From Patellaria atrata CBS 101060 (lineage: Eukaryota), in assembly GCA_010093705.1 (NCBI GenBank), contig MU006109.1:226354-264444 (forward strand): a stretch of 38,091 nucleotides of DNA, written 5' to 3'. Below the pieces are notes generated by a model. It did not search any database, was not told where the DNA came from, and saw only the letters and a program-made list of their open reading frames with translations. A program made the translations under genes and the position numbers. How positions within the stretch are numbered: the stretch's first letter is position 1; each line of letters starts with the position of its first letter. Below, piece after piece: positions 1 to 10,791 of this stretch.

Positions 1-1153
1 CCGTGCTCCGGCTGCTCCGTCACCTTCACCCCGTTCACATCCCCTTTCCCAACTGGACTCCTGTCCCTTTCAGGCACCGTCCACGTCGCACTCTTACTCT
101 TCCTATCCTTATCTCTCCCCCAACTCGAGCTCCGTCTCCCGATCCCCTTAATCCCACTCGTCCACCTCTTCCTGATGCTAACCCTCGCATCCCTTACCCC
201 CAACATCGCTCCCAACTCCTCAATCTCGGTATGATCCCTCGTATTCCGCATACGATGACACCACACCACCTCCCCGCCATCAAAAAGAAACTCTCCCCCG
301 ACCTGTTTGAAGTCGCCTCCGCTCAGCGCCTTACTCCCGGTTCTCAACCCCTGGAATATACTCTGTATGCTCGCCGTGAGTATCCCGGTTTGGATGTACT
401 CAGGTTTCTTGGGCCCGAGGTCCCACGTCCGCGTCATGCCGAGCAGATCGTAGAGTTTGCGTGTCGGGTCGGCGTAGATGGGGAACGTGCAGCCGGTCAG
501 TTCTTGGTAGGTGCGGATCAGTTCGGGGCGGCCGCAGCCGATTACAGTTATGAAGGTGGGGATTTTGAGGGAGAGGAGGGCGTCGGGGGTTATGGACGAT
601 GAGAGGGAGCGGAGGTATTCTTGACAGTGCTGGGAGAGGGAGTTAGTGACGAGGTTTCCGGCGTGAGGGAAAGGGAGAAGAGGGTTTGGAGTTTCTGGGG
701 TTCTGAGGAACAACTTACACCGCAGAAGAAATGTCGGATGAAGATGATAAGTTGTTTTTGCGCTTTGTTGGGGCCGGAATATAGCTCCTTGAAGGGACGT
801 GATCCCCCCTCTGCATCGAGGACTAGGAGGTCGGCGCATTGGTCGAGGATCTTTTTGGAGGGAAGTTTGTTGGAGACTTCGATATTTCCTTTGAAGTCGG
901 CGGAAGGTTCGTATGCGCAAGTTCCGCCTTCAGCTTCGTCTTCCATAGCTGTTACGTTCCGAGACTCTGATTCAAGGGCTGATTGTGACATCTTTGTCGG
1001 CGCTGATGCTGGTTGTGCTTTAACTGTGGGAGGTAGGTTGAAGTCCTTCGATGAACTCTCTGTTTGAAAAGATTGCTCTCCTCTTTGTTCGTTTCCATTA
1101 TGCGTTGTCTCTGCTAAGGACTCCCTCTTGGAGTCAGTGATCGATGACTCCAT
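1..1153 (-). CDS. AhpC/TSA-2 family thioredoxin-fold (peroxiredoxin-like 2 / AAED1-like) protein; 3' end lies outside the window
   Basis: Exon 1 is 1153-719. Intron 718-630 has a GTAAGT donor, CTAAC branch and CAG acceptor. Exon 2 runs 629-1 and stays open to the window edge. Spliced protein reads LIIFIRHFFCGHCQEYLRSL...VIGCGRPELI...FPIYADPTRKLYDLLGM...QVGGEFLF...WCHRMRNTRDHTE, motifs typical of this family. Confidence 0.88.
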
Positions 1154-1449
1154 TCTTGCTACCCTTTGATGAGGACGTAGAGAAGGGGAGAAAAAGAGGA
1201 CTCAAAACTAGCAATTGAGAGAGATATTATAAGAGTGAGAAATATATTATCATGAAGCAAACCGAGTTACTATAAGGACAAAAGAAGAAGAACAGGGAGT
1301 CTTTGTCCTCTTAAAGGGATCTTTCATACATTGCAGTTTTGAAAGCTGACTGAGGCGCCACGCGCGTAATCTCACTGGCAAGTGGGAATGCCCGAACAGC
1401 CCTGAACAGATCAGCGTGGACTCTGCCGCAACATATCGCGTTTCGAGTC

Positions 1450-1538
1450 GATGAAGTCAACACGTTTCGGGCCTAAAGTCATCCACCAAAATTGCCCCTT
1501 GGTGAAAACCCCCCACAACAGCGTACGGGATGAAGTCA
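1450..1538. promoter_or_regulatory. Duplicated GATGAAGTCA motif in the divergent promoter between the thioredoxin-fold gene and ureD
   Basis: Exact 10-mer at 1450-1459 and 1529-1538. TGAAGTCA is one mismatch from the CRE/ATF site TGACGTCA. Function is inferred only. Confidence 0.3.
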
Positions 1539-1758
1539 CAATGTGCTGTAAAAGTACAAGTATCTAAGTTGAATGCTGATCAGTCTTCCAGATAATCGAT
1601 CTACGTAGCTCGGTGATGCCCCGCCAATTCAATTGCTCGAACTCCTGATGGAACTGATGGGTACAAATTGCGCCTGAAACCATCAATACCCGCGGACCAC
1701 ACCAAGCATGATACACAAACAGTGACTCTAACGGCGCGGAAGAATCTTAAAGGCCCCA

Positions 1759-2739
1759 ATGACCAACCCGTTCGCCCCATCAAGCTCCAAACCCGGCCAC
1801 GGCACCATAAAACTCGCCCTCCTCCCCCCCTCAACACCAATCCTCCAAACGCTCTCCTACCAATACCCACTCAAACTCATCTCCCCCCCTCCACTCCGCG
1901 CCTCCAACTCCTCCAACCCCATCCTCATCCACGCCGTCTACCTCCTCACCTACGGCGGGGGCATCGTAGCGGGCGACACTCTCGACCTCACCATCCACCT
2001 CGCTCGCAGGACCCGACTGACGCTCCTGACACAAGGCAGCACCAAGATCTTCAAGTCGACAAGCAGGGACATCATAAGCCGGCAGCGCACGACCGTCGAC
2101 CTCGAGTCCAGCGCCGCGCTGTGCTACCTCCCGGACCCGGTGCAGCCGTTCGCCCGCAGCGCCTTCGAGCAGACTCAGGTCTACAACCTGCGCGGCGGGG
2201 ACGGGAGTCTCTGCGTCTGCGACTGGGTGTGCGAGGGGCGGAGCGCGCGGGGGGAGAAGTGGGGGTGTTGGCGGTACACGTCGAAGAACGAGGTGTGGGG
2301 CGTCAACGAGGAGGGAAAACGACGGTTGTTGCTGAGGGATAATCTGCTGTTGGAGGAGGGGGGACTGCCGGATGATGGGTTTGTGGGTAGGATGGATGGC
2401 ATGGGCGTGTTTGGGACGCTGATCTTGAGGGGTCCGCATTTTAAAACGCTGGCTGAGCACTTCGTGAGTGAATTCGCGCTCTTGCCTAGGATTGGGGGTA
2501 GGAAGTGGGATGCTGAAGAGGAGAAATTGAGCGTGGAAGAGGAGAGACGGGTTATGAGGCAGGAACAAGAGACGAAAGATGGACTCTTATGGACTTCTGC
2601 GTCTCTGAGAGGGTTTGTCTTGGTAAAGTTTGGTGCGAGAGAGGTCGAAGGGGCTAAGAGATGGCTAAGAGAGATGTTGATCAGAGAGGGCACTGTAGAA
2701 AGAGAGTTTGGAGAAAGAGCATTATTGTGCTTAAAGTGA
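1759..2739 (+). CDS. ureD: Urease accessory protein UreD (326 aa, single exon)
   Basis: Motifs YQYPLKLISP, VYLLTYGGGIVAGD, LLTQGSTKIFKS, LPDPVQPFARS, DWVCEGRSARGEKW, LLLRDN and FGTLILRGP are characteristic of eukaryotic UreD. Confidence 0.95.
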   Translation: MTNPFAPSSSKPGHGTIKLALLPPSTPILQTLSYQYPLKLISPPPLRASNSSNPILIHAVYLLTYGGGIVAGDTLDLTIHLARRTRLTLLTQGSTKIFKSTSRDIISRQRTTVDLESSAALCYLPDPVQPFARSAFEQTQVYNLRGGDGSLCVCDWVCEGRSARGEKWGCWRYTSKNEVWGVNEEGKRRLLLRDNLLLEEGGLPDDGFVGRMDGMGVFGTLILRGPHFKTLAEHFVSEFALLPRIGGRKWDAEEEKLSVEEERRVMRQEQETKDGLLWTSASLRGFVLVKFGAREVEGAKRWLREMLIREGTVEREFGERALLCLK

Positions 2740-3045
2740 AACATGGAATACTGAACCCCGAAGCTCTATTCATTAGTGAGTTTTGGAGGAGAAGATGATA
2801 TACCCTTTGCCATGTATCAATCGGGCTCTGTACTTCGGAGAATGTGGCATACACGACGCTTTTCGTATAGGTATCAGGTTTACTCCACTATAGTATCCGA
2901 TAGTTACCCAGTTCAGGAGACTCTTACAGTCCAGTTATCGTCAGGCCGGTCAAAAGGCAGGCAGAGCCAGCTTGTTAAACAGTGTTCTATACAAACGACA
3001 AAGTAATAATATCTATCCTCCAACTACGCTAATCCTAGCCCACCA

Positions 3046-3088
<43 letters not shown>
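3046..3088. repeat. Compound (CA)n(TA)n microsatellite
   Basis: Directly visible between the convergent 3' ends of ureD and the TF-domain gene. Confidence 0.95.
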
Positions 3089-3107
3089 CCATCCTCCTCA
3101 ACCTCAA

Positions 3108-5070
3108 CTAACAGAACGGCAACGGCGGGACCCACTCATCCAGCGGATCCTCCCAACCCAAATCCAGCGGCCCCGTCCACCCTTCCTCCACCACCTCCTC
3201 ACACCTACCAACCGGAAACACCTCCCCCCTAATCGCCTTCTGGATCCACAGAAACCCCATCGCAAACCTAACATACTCACCCCAATAATTCAACCCGACG
3301 CCCAAACTCGCCCTGATCAACTCTGCCATGAAAAGGCGACGCTCGGGCCGTCCGCCAGCCGCCGCTCCCCCTGTGAGCAGGATCCAGATATAGACGAATG
3401 GCAGATCGGTCCAGTCCTCGAGGGTCGTTTTACGGCAGACGGCGTGGAGGGCTTGGAGGACCGGGTGATTGATGCGGTCGTGGTGGGGGATGAGGTGGGA
3501 GGCGGCACGGTTGTGGATGATGGATGCGAGGCGGCATATTTCGATTCGGAGGGTCTTGAGGGTTGTTGGTTTCGTGAGGGAATGGGTGAGTTCTGGGGTG
3601 GTGTATGAAGGGCTGGGGACGGTTGATGAGTCTAGGGGAAGTTCGGATCGCCTGTATAGTGAGTTTGTGGCGGCGAGGGAGCTCATGAGGCTGTCGGCTA
3701 GTTCGGAAGCTATTATGTTGTCACAGCAGCCGGGCCGTGTGGCAGTTGATACCCACAATGGGTTGTCGAAGCAGTAACGGACATCATGGGGATGTGTGTA
3801 TGGTTTTGTCAGTTGTGGATTCTCCACTTCAAAGAAGAATGGTGCTTGGGAGTTGCATGCTGCGTTGAGGATATCTTGTCTAAGGAATGATCAGATTTCA
3901 AGGTCCGTATGTTGCTCTTTTCGAGTGCCGAGTTTACTTACAGCATGATCATTTCACGTAAATGATTACCACTTTCACTCAGATGGTCAAGCCCACCCCT
4001 TAACTCCGCCATATTTTGCAGCCCACGAATGTGAGTCAATAGATTTGATCCTCCCAGCATATTCTAAAAGAGGAAAAGTCAATATACTATAATTTTCAAA
4101 AAGGAGATTGACTGACCTCCGCAGAACACAAGCAAAGAACAGTTCCGATGGTCTCATCACTTGAAGCAGTCTCCGGATTTTGGAGATCCTGCTGGATACG
4201 TCTGATAGCTGATGTCTGATAGACAAGGAAGTCATTAGCCACAGAATCCCGAGAAGAATCCATGTGACAACGGTATACTAAGCAACAAGCGAAAAGCAAG
4301 CTTTCGGAACGGGCAGCAGCAAGTGACCAGTACGCTTTGATCGGACTGCATGCTGGTACTGGTGCTCCGGTCTCTAGATTGATATGGAGAAAGTCGACAT
4401 CTATGGGTTCTCTCTGTCAGCAAGATTATTCCCTGATACTACTCAGTAGTGGTCTGCCAACTTACAATAGACCAACATCTCCATCAATGCGTTGAATCTA
4501 GGGGCGGATATTGACTTCTCTGAACGATCGATTGTAAAGAAGCCACCGGCTGGGATAGGTCTAGGTGGCTTCCACAGATCTCGACAACCAGCCTTGGTAC
4601 ATTTAGTACTAAATCTACAGCAATGCTCTCCGCGGGTGGTCTCTTCAGCAGATGTGTCGCCCTTACGGGTAACATTTGCGTCTCTAGGACGAAGTTTACG
4701 GCCGTTAGCTTTCCGTTGTCTATTGCTTTGGGGATGTTCCACGCCGCAAGACGCTTTCTGGGATTGGGGAGATCGGTTCTGGTTGCCTTTATTGAGGCCC
4801 TCGTGTAATGCAGAACCGGTTTGAGTGGGCTTGCTCCCCTTTCCGGCAGTTGCTGATAGAAATCATCAGTACTGTTTTCAGCGCAACATATCCGAACTCA
4901 CGGATTCCGTATAAACTGTATATAAGGGGAAACTCACCATTCGTACCTGCATGCTTCGTTCTCTGCCTGTGTCGGAAATCTCGCATTGCATGCGAACGTA
5001 CCAGACGACGGGCTTCTTCATCCTTGTGGGAGCCAGGAACTGACTGGTCAACAAATGCTAGGAGGACCAT
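3108..5070 (-). CDS. Fungal-specific transcription factor domain protein (Fungal_trans_2-like), about 565 aa, no Zn2Cys6 motif seen
   Basis: Five exons: 5070-4938, 4852-4466, 4400-4117, 4063-3942, 3879-3108. Total 1698 nt, in frame, canonical GT-AG. N-terminal ARRLVRSHAMRDFRHRQR, central AIRRIQQDLQNPETASSDETIGTVLCL and THIRGLQNMAELRGGL, and C-terminal YIWILLTGGAAA are typical of this fungal family. Confidence 0.75.
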
Positions 5071-6183
5071 CTTTGTGATTATATCTTGTGCAATTGAAAT
5101 GATTCTGTTAAGATGATTGATATCAGCTGCACAAAGACGTTCTCTATCCTCTTTCGGTGATTTAATTCAACTAGCTCGCAGCTGTCAGTACTGTACAAGA
5201 TTCTTGTGTGACTCTTGATAGCGACTACATTGGACGAGTAACGGACAATATAAGAGACAACCATATAACGCAGGTGTTCGAATAGATGAAACATGATGCT
5301 CAGAACTATTGCTCTTGATAATCAATTTCTATCATTAGGTAGGGCTGAGCTAGAAGACGGTGTCTTTAGCTTCTCGGTGGCTCCACAAGGCCACCAACAA
5401 ACTCGTTAGCATCTTCTTGGAATTTCCCTGTGAAATGATGAGTTGCAAGAGTTACAAATGATCTCTCATGGCTAGTGTCACCGCTCATGTATAGGGGAAA
5501 CCGAGAAATAGCGGTGCCTTGCTGCTACCACCGCGATGAAGTTCACTTTAGCACTCCTTCAGGTCAAAGCTCAGTCCAATTCAGCCTCACGCTAAACCGT
5601 AAATTGATAATGCTCATCCTTGCCATGCTCTTGATTGGAGAAAAGCCACAGCTTCATATCATGAAATTTGCTGGTATGCAGCAAAAAACGATGACAAAGA
5701 TAGTGGATCTTCTACTTCAACATTGCACATATATAGATTCTCAAGGACCATGGTTATGGGAGCCTCAGCACATGGCATCCAGGGTATAGGGAATGCATGG
5801 TTGGAAATACCAGCGATCCAGACTCAGGAAGAATCTCGCTCCCTATGGAATGTTATGATTGGAGCTTAAGTTCTGTGATATTGCTCCTTTGGGACTTCAT
5901 CTTTGCACTTTCTGAGTTAGCACCCGCCTGTGCAGAACTGGAGAATTAAATGCTTGGATCTTGTTCCATTCTTGGGTCAATTCAACATCACGGTCTTTCC
6001 GTGATTACCAACATACCGTTTTTGCTGCAGCAAGTTTCCCCTAGCGTAAGTTATCTATAGTAACAATCACTAAAACTTCAAAGGTATCTTAGCAGCTCAA
6101 AGCAAAGCCTGTCGATTCTTCAAACACAAATGGTATATGCAACACTAACACTTTCCGAATATACAACCTCATCATCCGTTAAT

Positions 6184-8289
6184 TCAGTAATTCTTTCCAA
6201 GATCCTTCTGTATCTCATTTCCCTCGTGATGTTTGGGATCTCCGGTAACAACCTCCTCGTCATAACCCTCGCTGCCATTATCATATGCAACGCTAACATT
6301 GCGGATCGTATCACCAACCTCCAACCAGGTATCACTGCACGCCGGAATCGGGAAGAAGTGGCACAGAAGCCAATACATTCCAGCCGCGACAATGAACCCG
6401 GCAAAGAAATTAAGGTTGTAAATATATGTAGCACCGATAGGTACATCGCGGCCAATCGCACCAGCAAAACCGACGACGTTGATAAGGATACCGGCGATGT
6501 AGGCCGCATAGCCACGCCAGTGGATACCAAAAGTGAAGTAGTACGGACCTGATTTACGTGAGTCATAGAGCTCCTTGATTTCTAGGTAACCCTTGCGGAC
6601 CAGATAGTAGTCACAGATAATGACGCCGGCGATAGAGGATAGGAAGACTGAATATGAGGACAAATACGTGGTAAAGCTGTTCGTACTCTTGAACATATTC
6701 CAGGGGCACATTGCTAAACCTACGGCGGCGCAAACATAACCACCGCGGCGGATATTAATAAATCGAGGAAGAAGAGCCGTCATATCTGTACCGGCGGAGA
6801 CAGAGTTGGCAGCAATATTGGTACCCAATTGAGCAAGGGTGAAAGCTGCAGCAATCACGAAGACGCCAAATCGTTGAGCGGAACCACCTTCGTCGAGGAA
6901 GTTCTTTAGGAGATCTAAGGGATTCCAGATAGGTTCCCCACCAAAAATTACAACCGAAGCGGAAGAAGCCATGATACCGATAAAGGATGTGACCGCAAAT
7001 CCAACGGGGATGGTGATTAACTGGGATAGATATGCATCCGAGGGTTTACGAGCAAAACGGGCAAAATCGGGATCGTTGACGATAAGTGTTGCAAAGTTAG
7101 CAATGGAGGACATGATGCCTTTCACAATCTCCCATCCAAGCTCACTCCCCTGGAGCTTGGCCGGTTGCTTGATGATGGGACCAATACCCTTAGCCCGAAC
7201 CAGGGCCCAGATGAAAAATGCAATACCGGCAGGAGGGACTACCCACGCCTTGACTGTGAACAGATGTCGAATCTTGTACACAGGGAACCAAATCGCAGGC
7301 AACGAGCCAGCCCAGAAGAGGAAGAAAGCAAGGAAATCACGAGTATTGGTCCCTGAACTCTCGGGCAAGCTGTTTGGCAAGTCCTCCTATATTCTATATT
7401 AGATAATTCCTCCTATGATTAGGCCCAATACTTACGTAGTCGCTCCAAATGGCTCGAATCATCAAGTACACACATGTACCGCCAATCCAAGCTTGCACAC
7501 CGTACCAGATACAAGCCATAGCAGCTCTGTTGAAGACCGGCCATAGAGAGCCCCAAATACCGAAAGAGGATCTGGCTGCCACTGGGAAAGAGATGTGGTA
7601 AGTTGCACCGATTCGACCGGTCATGACAATGAAGCAGGCAGCGATGGAATATCCGACCCATACGGTAATCCAGGCCTGCCACCATGCAACACCATTAGCG
7701 ACACCTGTAGATGCAATCATCCATGTGTTGATGTTGAACGAATCAGCTATTCAGAAATACTGATTAGTAACATTGTGCGGTTGATCAAGTGAAGACGGAG
7801 AGCTATACCAATCCAGAATCCGACAAAGTTCCATGCCTTCCATTGACGCTTTTCAGGTGGAACGGGTGCAAGATCGTCATTGGTCAAGAGCAGTTGAGCA
7901 TTGCTCAAGCCAGGCTCGCTGTTAGTAGCAAGCTTGTTGGCCCAGTGACCGACCTTCGAGTGGGCGAATTTCTCCATGACGAGGGGAAAAGGGTACGGAA
8001 CTCTACTCTTTGATCTCAAAGAAGAGGCTGAGCGCCGAGATATAAGTCTTTCAGAACTTTGCGGGGTTACCTGGTCGTGGTGACGCCAGGGACGTGGGGT
8101 GGCGGAAGAAGACGAAGAGCCTGAGATCAGAGGCTCTCGCTCCTGCAGATATCTATGAGGATCCACGCTTTCTGCTTCAACTTCAGTGCTGTGGCGAGCG
8201 TCTGAAGCTTCGATATTTGTAAGTTCGATCTCGGAACTAGAAGAAAAATCTTCCTCATATACAATTTCGTCACTGTCAGATAGAGACAT
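6184..8289 (-). CDS. NCS1 family nucleobase:cation symporter (Fur4/Dal4-like uracil or allantoin permease)
   Basis: Exons 8289 (or 7977)-7809, 7746-7436 and 7386-6184. Motifs: [99 protein letters not shown]. Start codon is ambiguous (560 aa or 664 aa). Confidence 0.93.
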
Positions 8290-8315
8290 GCTCTGCGTTC
8301 CATGTCTTGGTGAAT

Positions 8316-9118
8316 GATAAGAGTTCTGCCCGTGGTTTTCTCAAATTCCATGGGACCTGCGATGATCTAGCGTGGGAGTCCCAAATGCCCAATTGGATAC
8401 CATAAGAATCTGGCGATACGATCAGAACGGACAATGGTGCAAGAGACGCACTAGATCTCATTACAGGTCTAGTAAAATGTCTGCTTATCTATAAAAGCGT
8501 TTTGGTGTTTTCTCTACTGTTACCGCGTGAGTATTTTGAACTTGTGGTCAAGGAGTTCAGGTTATCTCGACCAAAACTTCTGCATGCATTTGTTTTGGCT
8601 TGCATCCCCTAAGGTCCCATTCGGACACGCCGGTCTCATAGATCTCATGCAGAGTGTTGAAGCGAAAGATCTCACTGAGAGGCGATAGAGATCATGGGTT
8701 TGTTGATGGGGGTCGTGAGAAGATGGTAAGCGGGCTAAAGATTGAGGGGAAAGAAGGCCCCATTTACGGGTTAGTATCCGCCCATAAGGCACAAGTCCGC
8801 TGTGGTCGCCCTTCCTACCGGCGAGTTAGATAAAAGGTTGTGACTCGATAGATTTTGGTAAACACCAAACCCATCTCTGCTGACAAGGTCTGCTGCACCA
8901 CTTATCTGATCACTCCCCTGCCACCATATTTTTCCCGGGCGTATCCTTGAGGCTATTTTGGAGAATCATGATTTGTTTAGACCCATTCTTCCTAACAAAT
9001 CTGAGGCTTTTGTTAGTTTAAAATATATGAGCTATAAGCTTTCCGACCGTCGCATTTGCTCACAAGCAAGCGCCTTCAACAGCCACCTAAGGTTGTACTG
9101 TAGTTATAGCAGCGATAA
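8316..9118. promoter_or_regulatory. Cluster of GATAA/TTATC sites upstream of the NCS1 permease (candidate AreA/Nit2 nitrogen-regulation sites)
   Basis: GATAA or TTATC at 8316, 8485, 8562, 8829, 8902 and 9114. Nucleobase and allantoin permeases are commonly under GATA-factor control. Confidence 0.45.
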
Positions 9119-10491
9119 GGGGCAGGAATAATATCTGCATGATGTCGATTAGTAGTGCTAATCGAGTAACAAGTCGCGCGGCCTACGTTTTCTGAAAAAT
9201 CAGTACGAGACTACCTTTGAATTGCAGATCACGATAGGGTTTGCGACCCAAAAATGAAAAATGTCTCGTCTATTTTCTTTCCCGACTATACTTTCTACCT
9301 CTGCAGTGTGACCCCGGATTCCTTTTCCGCTGAGTCTCTGTGATTCTAGATTTGAGCGTAGGGCTGAACATGCTGAGGGAATGATCTCCTCCGTGGAGCC
9401 GTGAGTTTGGTTTAGGAAAGACGTCATAACACCAACTCGACCTGGAAGAAACACATTCTCACCACTTATCTCATTACTCGCATTTTGCGGATCTTTCCTG
9501 AGGGATCTACTATCTTTTTCATCCCGGTGCAGATCCAGTCTCTTTCTCTTCTCTTCAGTTCTTCTTGCAGGGGACATCAGCTTTTCTTCCTGATAGAGCT
9601 ATGCGTATTTCTTTTTCTGCTTCCAAAATGTGCAACTAGTGTACTCAGCCAGGCAAAGATAATGTCTGTACGGTACTTATGGATCCAGGCTACTGGAAAC
9701 CTCTCAATGATAGATCAACGATCTTATCGTCGTTTGTCTTTTGGTATCTGGTGAGATTTCGTGCGATACTGTAGCTCAAAGTTGCTGAAGATGATGGCTG
9801 AGATTGCCGGAGATATCTGCAGCTATGAAGCCCGTCAAGTGTTACGAACTGCGTCATTTCTCTTCAGCTCCCCAAATTAATGGCATTATGGTATACCCGA
9901 TATCTTCTCCTGACATTTGTTTATTTCAATCCGAACCTTTCCCTACGTGAAAACCGATCTTTCTTGCAATAAAGTTAACTGTAAGCTTTTCATGGGGCGC
10001 TCTAAATCTTACTGCCGATAACTTAAGCTTTCTTTAAGCCTCGGTCACGCTCTAGGTCAAAGTTCGAACTGAAATTTAGCACGGCGCCGTCAGCGACCTT
10101 TTGTGTGGATCTTGGTTTCTGATCTTTCGAATAGAGAGGCTTTTCTAAAGACGGGACCTCTCGTGGATCAGAGGTCAGTTGGAGGTCCGAACAAAGTTTT
10201 ATGGTTATGCTTAGCATCTTGCTGAATGGGGTGGGTATGCAAGGGGTTAAGGAGAGATGTACAAGATTGGAAGGGACGAGTGAGGATCCCCTGCGTCCAT
10301 CGCGTACTAATAGCTCTGTAGTAGATGAAATTGATATATTCATATACCCTTCGCGGGGATTGTTCCAATACGAAGGATTATAAATGACGAAAAACAGAAA
10401 TACGTAGCGATGGAATCCATATCCTCCCTCTCATAGAGAAGCAGGTCCAAGAAAACCCTAGAAAAAAAAAGCAACGTCGCAAAAGAAGTAT

Positions 10492-10591
10492 NNNNNNNNN
10501 NNNNNNNNNNNNNNNNNNNNNNNNNNNNNNNNNNNNNNNNNNNNNNNNNNNNNNNNNNNNNNNNNNNNNNNNNNNNNNNNNNNNNNNNNNN

Positions 10592-10610
<19 letters not shown>
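10492..10610. other. 100-N assembly gap followed by a (TA)n microsatellite
   Basis: Run of n at 10492-10591, then tatatata. The gap probably arises from the TA repeat. Confidence 0.97.
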
Positions 10611-10623
<13 letters not shown>

Positions 10624-10791
10624 CCCAAAGTGGAGTAACAATCATAGCTCACAGGCCCGGTCACATTTTGATAGCCCAGACGCCCAGATCTCCATACACT
10701 CCGCAAGCCCTAACTCCACGGAAAGCGAGGACATCCATATCACATCAACACAACCACGTACCTGTACCTTTACAGTGGGAAACCCTCTGTG

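Noticed and set aside
3..602. 199 aa + strand ORF and other long shadow ORFs (1668-2342, 1831-2568, 2181-2744, 28196-28636)
   Set aside because: Antisense or alternate-frame shadows of real genes. They stay open because of the extreme C/G skew and give low-complexity Pro/Arg translations.
8621..8634. TCGGacacgCCGG as a UaY purine-induction site
   Set aside because: The spacing (5 nt) and right half-site do not match TCGG-N6-CCGA.
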